Position numbers and translations under genes: made by a program. 64,000 bases of DNA, taken from contig JAUCBJ010000090.1 in assembly GCA_032718475.1 (NCBI GenBank), positions 18,096 to 82,095 of the forward strand, in the 5' to 3' direction. Source of the stretch: Nemertoderma westbladi (taxonomy: Eukaryota; Animalia; Xenacoelomorpha). Below, piece by piece: positions 62,700-64,000 of the stretch (position 1 is its first letter; each line of letters begins with the position of its first letter). The notes below the pieces were generated by a model. That model ran no database searches. It worked only from the letters and a program-made list of their open reading frames with translations, and was not told where the DNA came from.

Positions 62700-64000
62700 A
62701 ATTAACCGGTTATTTTCCCTTAAAGTACTCTGTAGTTGGTTTATTGGGATTTTACTTAGGCCTATTTCTGTCAGTTTTATTTATTTGTAGGCCAGTATTG
62801 AGCAGAAGGCGTGTAAGCCTGCTCAGATTGTACAGATAATTTGTAGGCTTGACTGTTGTCTAACTGTTGTTAAGTCTGAACGGATTGCAGTGTGTGTAGA
62901 GCAGCTGTCCGATGAAGTGCTAGTTAGGAAAGTAAGGGCTTCAAGTGCTGTGAGGTAAACCCCCTGTGAAAGAATAAGTCGTACTACTGGGTTAGAACGC
63001 ATACTAACTAATCATTTCGGAGTCTGCATATACTGTAGTGTATTTGGGCTTGATAGTAGTCTGCCATCGTTTGGTCTGTACTTTGTTTGTGTAGTCTGTA
63101 CGGGTAGCGTATAATTTTATTTAGATAATTAGTAGGCTGGATAGTTGTCTGGCTGTTGTTGGGTTTGAGGAAATTTCGGTGTGTGTAGAGCATCTGTCCG
63201 ATAAAGTGCTAAGTTAGGAAAGTAGGGGCTTCAAGTGCTGTGAGGTAAACCCCCTGTGAAAGAATAAGTCGTACTACTGGGTTAGAACGCATACTAACTA
63301 ATCATTTCGGAGTCTGCATATACCGTAGTTTGTTTAGGCTTGATAGTAGTCTGTCAGTATTTGGTCTGCATTTTGTTTGAGTAGTTTGTACGCGTAGCGT
63401 AATATTTATTATTCAGAGTTTATGCTATTATTCGCAACATTCATATCCCCAAGTTTATTCCTACAGTAATTGTGTTTGTTATACATACCGTTATAGTTAA
63501 ACTAACCCCGGTACTACATCAGGGCTGCTCGGCGTAGGTAAAGACTGGTGATTTTGTGCACCGGTCACTCCAGCAGATGCCGTGGTTCTTTTAGCTGTTC
63601 AAGTATTTTTAACTACTAATTATTTGTTATACAAGTACTTGTACCTAATTTAGGGTTTAGTGTACAGTGCTTTCCGAAAGCAATTAGTGTGTAGGCAGTG
63701 TATTTGTGTTGTAAAGTGGTTAATAGGCACGTTGGTTCTGGTAGACCGCGGTAATTAACTTCTAGGTAGGGACACTCCGTGATACATAACGTAGTACCTA
63801 TAGCGATACGGTTATAGGTCGTCAGGCGGTGGTATTTTCCTATCTGGACAGCGCAGTATATTTACTACTACTTATTATTTTCAAATACCGTAGTAACCTG
63901 TCCGTTGTAATAACCAGATATTCTAACCCTTTGTTAGGCTGGTTAGTAGACTTCTTGTAAAATTACCCTAAAAATTCGTATTTGTGTATTTGTATTTAAA
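62700..64000 (-). repeat. Second copy of the non-coding interspersed repeat, with an internal ~290-bp tandem duplication
   Basis: Reverse-complement homology to 20450-20579 plus 33430-34280; duplicated block starts at about 62890 and 63180. Confidence 0.75.

Noticed and set aside
1-64000. Uni-strand piRNA cluster
   Set aside because: TE orientations are mixed, and this cannot be supported without small-RNA data

Overview
Eukaryotic (invertebrate-like, AT-rich) DNA made almost entirely of nested, partly decayed transposons plus one probable host gene. From left to right: (1) an RTE-like LINE split by a gag-only BEL/Pao LTR element (2305-15758, minus strand, TSD TACCT), which itself contains an oppositely oriented relative (6667-13663, TSD ACCCC); (2) a 12.8-kb BEL/Pao element (20580-33424, TSD TTCAA) with an extra ORF after integrase encoding a WRN/EXD-like DEDDy 3'-5' exonuclease, and LTRs containing arrays of predicted RNA hairpins; (3) a 23-bp satellite; (4) an intronless gene for a Cys-rich, single-TM, PPPY-tail membrane protein; (5) a second, divergent BEL/Pao element whose downstream ORF has the same YDNEG exonuclease motif, interrupted by a CxxH-type DDE transposon and cut off by a Kolobok-like transposon; (6) a BEL integrase fragment and a divergent Ty3/Gypsy-like element interrupted by a second RTE-like LINE. 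The best candidates for new biology are exonuclease-carrying BEL/Pao retrotransposons, an apparent tRNA-independent (self-priming-like) PBS that covaries with the LTR in the two nested elements, and repeated structured-RNA modules. All calls come from reading the sequence by eye; no searches or folding programs were run.
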